46,812 bases of DNA, taken from a virus. Taxonomy: Duplodnaviria > Caudoviricetes. The stretch spans positions 1-46,812 of the IMG/VR virus record IMGVR_UViG_3300029171_000014; one strand, written 5' to 3'. The position numbers and the translations under genes were made by a program. The notes under the pieces were generated by a model. It was not told where the DNA came from and made no database searches. It saw nothing but the letters and a program-made list of their open reading frames with translations. Positions 43,635-46,812 of this stretch are shown piece by piece (positions within the stretch are counted from its first letter, which is position 1; each line of letters begins with the position of its first letter).

Positions 43635-44146
43635 TTGAGATTATTAATTTTGTCTAATAATGGTTTTATATCTGATAGTGGAGTTAGACCTAATTTGATG
43701 TCTAGCATGAAATCTTCTATTTCTTCTTCCATTTTATTTATTTCTGGTAATTTTTCTGTTAATTTTAGTATTTCTTGTTGTAGTATTTCTGTTAAGTTAT
43801 GTGGTAAGCTTCTTATATAACTAGAGTAGTCGTTAAGATCTATTTGAATTATTTTTGTTTGTGTCTTTATTTCTTTGTTTAGTTTTATAAATTCTTGTTT
43901 AAGTGTTATTGCTTTTTGATGTAATTCTTTGATTTTTAATGCATATTTTTGATTTGTTTTAGATAGTAGTTTATCTTTGATTTCTGATTCTTTGTCTTTT
44001 AGTTTGTTGTGTAGTGTTCTTTCAATTAAATCTATATCTCTTTGAAGTGGGATTTTAGGTTTTTTTAGAGTTTGTGGGTTGTTTATTGCTTCTTCTGTTT
44101 CTTGATTCTTAGTTAGGCTTTCTTTGATCTGTTCTAAGTTTTTCAT
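43631..44146 (-). CDS. coiled-coil protein
   Basis: heptad-rich coupled ORF. Confidence 0.6.
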   Translation of the reverse strand: MKNLEQIKESLTKNQETEEAINNPQTLKKPKIPLQRDIDLIERTLHNKLKDKESEIKDKLLSKTNQKYALKIKELHQKAITLKQEFIKLNKEIKTQTKIIQIDLNDYSSYIRSLPHNLTEILQQEILKLTEKLPEINKMEEEIEDFMLDIKLGLTPLSDIKPLLDKINNLK

Positions 44147-44307
44147 TTAATTTTAGTATTTAGATATTCTATTAAGTAGTGAGCATATGAAGTTAATATT
44201 TTTTGTTTTTCAAAGAGAAAGATATCTTTTTTTAATTTAATTGCCATTCTGTATGTTTTTGTTAGTTTTTTGATTTTATCTTTGTTGAATGTAATTTTAT
44301 TGTTCAT
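44143..44307 (-). CDS. small phage protein, absent from ORF track
   Basis: manual translation MNNKITFNKDKIKKLTKTYRMAIKLKKDIFLFEKQKILTSYAHYLIEYLNTKIK; ATGA-coupled both ends. Confidence 0.7.
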   Translation of the reverse strand: MNNKITFNKDKIKKLTKTYRMAIKLKKDIFLFEKQKILTSYAHYLIEYLNTKIK

Positions 44308-44522
44308 TGGTTTATCTTTATAATTTTATTACAATCTTCAATTGTTAGAGTATTAGAGATTCTAACTGATTTTATGCATTCTGAGTATTCTTTTTGATAT
44401 TGTTGGGTTGGAGTTAATTCTGAAGTAAGTTTTTTATCAATGGTTATCCAGAAAGATATTGTGCTAATTCCAGCAATCATTCCAAAGATAAGGATTAGAG
44501 CTGATTTTTGATTTGTAGTCAT
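44304..44522 (-). CDS. small membrane protein
   Basis: N-terminal TM helix, Cys pair. Confidence 0.6.
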   Translation of the reverse strand: MTTNQKSALILIFGMIAGISTISFWITIDKKLTSELTPTQQYQKEYSECIKSVRISNTLTIEDCNKIIKINQ

Positions 44523-44830
44523 GTTGATGTTAGGTTATTTATTAATTCTTCAGCCGTGTCGAATCTGGCTGGATCTTCTTTGTATTTGCCACCATAAGCC
44601 TCGTATTTGCCAAATGAGACCATTCCTTTGATGATTGATACATCTCCTACGTGAATATGCCATTCTCCTGAAGGGTAATAGCCTAGTATTTCTTTGATTT
44701 TGCCATTTCCTTCTAAGGCTCCGAGATGTTTGTTTATGGTGTAGGCTATATTATTAGCCTTAAGTAGAGTTTCTAGTTCTGACATGTCGTCATTGAATTC
44801 AGGGGAGTTGAGTTCTTCTTGTGTTCTCAT
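44519..44830 (-). CDS. hypothetical phage protein
   Basis: coupled ORF. Confidence 0.65.
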   Translation of the reverse strand: MRTQEELNSPEFNDDMSELETLLKANNIAYTINKHLGALEGNGKIKEILGYYPSGEWHIHVGDVSIIKGMVSFGKYEAYGGKYKEDPARFDTAEELINNLTST

Positions 44831-44836
44831 ATGGTT

Positions 44837-45058
44837 TTAATATTGTTTAGCGAACTCTTTACAGCGGTTTAAGTAACCATGTTGTTTGTCTTGGTTAGTA
44901 ATTTGATAGAAGCAGTCTAGTTCTATTTGATATTCAGCTATCTTTTGGTTTAATTCGTGTTCTGCTTGGTAGGTTGTATTTATTCTTGTTATTATTAATA
45001 AGAATATTATGGCTAATATTCCTATATATAGGTGGAAGAATGATGAGTCTTGTTTCAT
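44837..45058 (-). CDS. small membrane protein
   Basis: N-terminal TM helix, Cys pair. Confidence 0.6.
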   Translation of the reverse strand: MKQDSSFFHLYIGILAIIFLLIITRINTTYQAEHELNQKIAEYQIELDCFYQITNQDKQHGYLNRCKEFAKQY

Positions 45059-45064
45059 GTTAAT

Positions 45065-45240
45065 TTATTGTTTATTTCTTTTAATAGCGTTTACTATGGC
45101 TTCTGTTGATCCATTTAGGGCAACTAATCCAGCTATGGCGATGTAGACTATCCAGGTGTTATTATTGTTTACTTCAAATAAGGCTAGAAGTAAGATTAAG
45201 TAGCTTATAAGTAGCTTATTAGATATGGAAGTGTTTTCAT
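45065..45240 (-). pseudogene. two-TM microprotein gene broken by an 11-bp tandem duplication
   Basis: TAAGCTACTTA x2 at 45197-45218; removing one copy restores a 54-aa ORF. Confidence 0.65.
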
Positions 45241-45392
45241 ATGTTTAGCCATAAGCCTATTGTTAATAGGATAGATAGTATAATTCTTGTAAGTACGGTT
45301 CTAGTAGTTCTAGGTCTTCTTGATTCTCCTATTAGGAAAATCTCAAGGAATGAGAATGAGAGTAGGATTGTTATTATTATTTTGGTTATCAT
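45237..45392 (-). CDS. small membrane protein, absent from ORF track
   Basis: MITKIIITILLSFSFLEIFLIG...ILSILLTIGLWLNI, ATGA-coupled. Confidence 0.55.
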   Translation of the reverse strand: MITKIIITILLSFSFLEIFLIGESRRPRTTRTVLTRIILSILLTIGLWLNI

Positions 45393-45407
45393 AAATTTAA
45401 GGTTAAT

Positions 45408-45451
45408 AAAAAAAGCTGTAAGACCTCTTAGATAGAGATAATACAGCTTTT
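45408..45451 (-). terminator. hairpin terminator/attenuator
   Basis: AAAAGCTGTA/TACAGCTTTT stem running into T tract. Confidence 0.6.
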
Positions 45452-45466
45452 GATATTTTGATAAGG

Positions 45467-45790
45467 TTAAACAGTTTCAGGTTCGTCAGAAGGAGTAGAA
45501 TCAGCCTTTCTCTTGGCAATCAATTCTTGCTCAGCCTTGATAAGCTCATCAGCGGTTGCAACTGGAACCAAAACTGAAATGGAGTAATCAGCATCTTGCT
45601 TACCCTCACGCTTTTTGTTGACGCTGAGGAAGAGAGTAGAGCCAGGATTAAGAGTGATGTCACCAGGTAAATCACGAGAGATCTTGATGCTTCCAGGACG
45701 GACACCATCTAGAGAGTTAACCCACATCTTGCCGATAATGAAGTTCTTAAGACCAGAGTTTGTTTGAGAAGCGATTATTGTGTTAGTCAT
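45467..45790 (-). CDS. DUF736-like protein
   Basis: IG.MW......G.I.I....N..K....DADYSI pattern; codon usage unlike the adjacent block. Confidence 0.5.
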   Translation of the reverse strand: MTNTIIASQTNSGLKNFIIGKMWVNSLDGVRPGSIKISRDLPGDITLNPGSTLFLSVNKKREGKQDADYSISVLVPVATADELIKAEQELIAKRKADSTPSDEPETV

Positions 45791-45821
45791 GTTATTGTTA
45801 TTATACTGCTTTTAATATGGA

Positions 45822-45911
45822 GAGAGATTCGTTGTTGTAGAGAAAGAGATAAAGTGGATGATATGAGAAACCACTTAGGTAAAGCTCTTCCCCTGAAGCA
45901 ACGAACCTCTC
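45822..45911 (-). ncRNA. long imperfect hairpin upstream of the DUF736-like gene
   Basis: GAGAGGTTCGTTG/CAACGAATCTCTC, GGGGAAGAG/CTCTTTCTC, AAGTGG/CCACTT nested stems. Confidence 0.5.
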
Positions 45912-46099
45912 GTTGTTAAGCCTGATGTACGATGCTTATCGCTTGACTTCTCATAGAGAAGAATTTAAGCAGAGTGTATGATGCTTAGCATGTAACCTAG
46001 ATTAACTAGGAAGTAGGTAAATTTAAGCCAAAATGCTAGGTAGAAGCTGTTTAGAGCTTATAGATGGCATTTAGTTGTTAATCCTCTTTTACGCTCGGC

Positions 46100-46295
46100 T
46101 AGAGAGAGGATTAAGGTTTAGGGAAGAGGAGAGAGAGGAAGTAGGTAGAGGAGAGAGTGGGGAAGAGGAGAGAAGAGAGGAGTTTTATAGCGGATTATAG
46201 CGGAGTTGAGGTGTCTGGGAGCAGATAAGTCAACTCTAACTAACCTCTAACCTCATGTCTAACCTCATAACGACCTCTACACTACCTCTAACTGT
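46100..46295. repeat. low-complexity GA tract followed by CTCTAAC/CTAAC-type short repeats
   Basis: GGGAAGAGGAGAGA twice; AACCTCTAAC/TAACCTCAT variants. Confidence 0.6.
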
Positions 46296-46812
46296 ACACA
46301 TGACATAGGCTAGTTATCGACCTCCTATATCACTATTCAAGTGGTAAAAACCTTGTATTTAAACCACAGAATAAGAGAACCGTTATTCAAGCTTGGATAA
46401 CCCATGCTGTCAGTAGGGTTACTCACCTGTGAATAACAGCTCTATACTCTGTCGTTACCTAAACTCCCCACTTAAGTGCTAGCTTGGCTACCATTTGCCT
46501 GATACTAGCGTTAAGGTAAGCAAGCCTACACACCTCGCTAATAGAGTCAGCCTCATAGCCCTCACACACCAGATACCTGCTACCGTCTACCACTGTATAG
46601 ACAGGACTAGACCTATAGCCCATAACCTTGCCCTCTTCTCCACGCACAGAAGATATACTCATACGCTTGTGTATTAAACTAATAATGCCCATCAAGTGGT
46701 AATGGGCTTGGGTGGGGGCTAGGCTGTAAGGCGAAAGGCTTGGGGGGTCATTCGGTAGCAGGAGGTAGAGGGGTAGGTCTGATAAGGGAGAGGTACCTCA
46801 CGGAGGTTTTTA

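Noticed and set aside
3134-43820. Many ORFs antisense to recognised genes (e.g. 3134-3427, 11690-12079, 22402-22767, 34491-34775, 37342-37818)
   Set aside because: Shadows of well-supported genes; the T-rich strand yields spurious hydrophobic ORFs
44143-44307. Suspected poly-A frameshifted pseudogene
   Set aside because: Careful translation gives an intact 54-aa ORF
46459-46695. Terminal ORFs 46459-46695 and 46495-46677
   Set aside because: No motifs, atypical composition, isolated in a low-complexity region
1-46812. CRISPR array, DGR or retron
   Set aside because: No run of three or more evenly spaced repeats and no reverse transcriptase motifs; the Cas4-like nuclease is solo
1-46812. Stop-codon recoding
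   Set aside because: Long conserved genes are intact in code 11, and TAA, TAG and TGA all end genes, often in ATGA overlaps

Overview
Non-structural part of a dsDNA bacteriophage genome in genetic code 11. No capsid, terminase, integrase, CRISPR array or reverse transcriptase was recognised. Mostly SD-less AT-rich leaders, a DUF5659-like gene and an Ig-like surface protein hint at a Patescibacteria/CPR-type host (inference). Layout: (i) a + strand lysozyme-like gene at 43-531. (ii) A long minus-strand arm, 528-31347, with peptide deformylase, SbcC, SbcD, C5 DNA methylase, RuvC, SSB-like protein, RecA, lytic transglycosylase, a flotillin/TPM/LemA cluster, SNF2 helicase, Cas4-like nuclease, HTH-less HigA-like protein, stand-alone sigma70 region 4, RNA ligase and DEDDh exonuclease. 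It is punctuated by a repeated CTTGACAAA(TAG) promoter. (iii) A + strand replication module, 31467-35521: initiator with iterons, DnaC-like loader, primase-helicase, and a C4/CI-like structured leader RNA. (iv) A terminator-bounded, extremely A-rich putative early block, 35638-45392, with MoxR-VWA and many small proteins. (v) A mostly non-coding low-complexity right end. Most notable: a 7-kb accessory block between 14-bp promoter repeats that contains gene-junction repeats and a GC-rich island of SD-led Cys-rich microproteins. That island is bracketed by a multi-hairpin RNA and by a pseudoknot followed by a tRNA/tmRNA-like RNA. All calls come from reading motifs by eye; no searches or folding programs were run.
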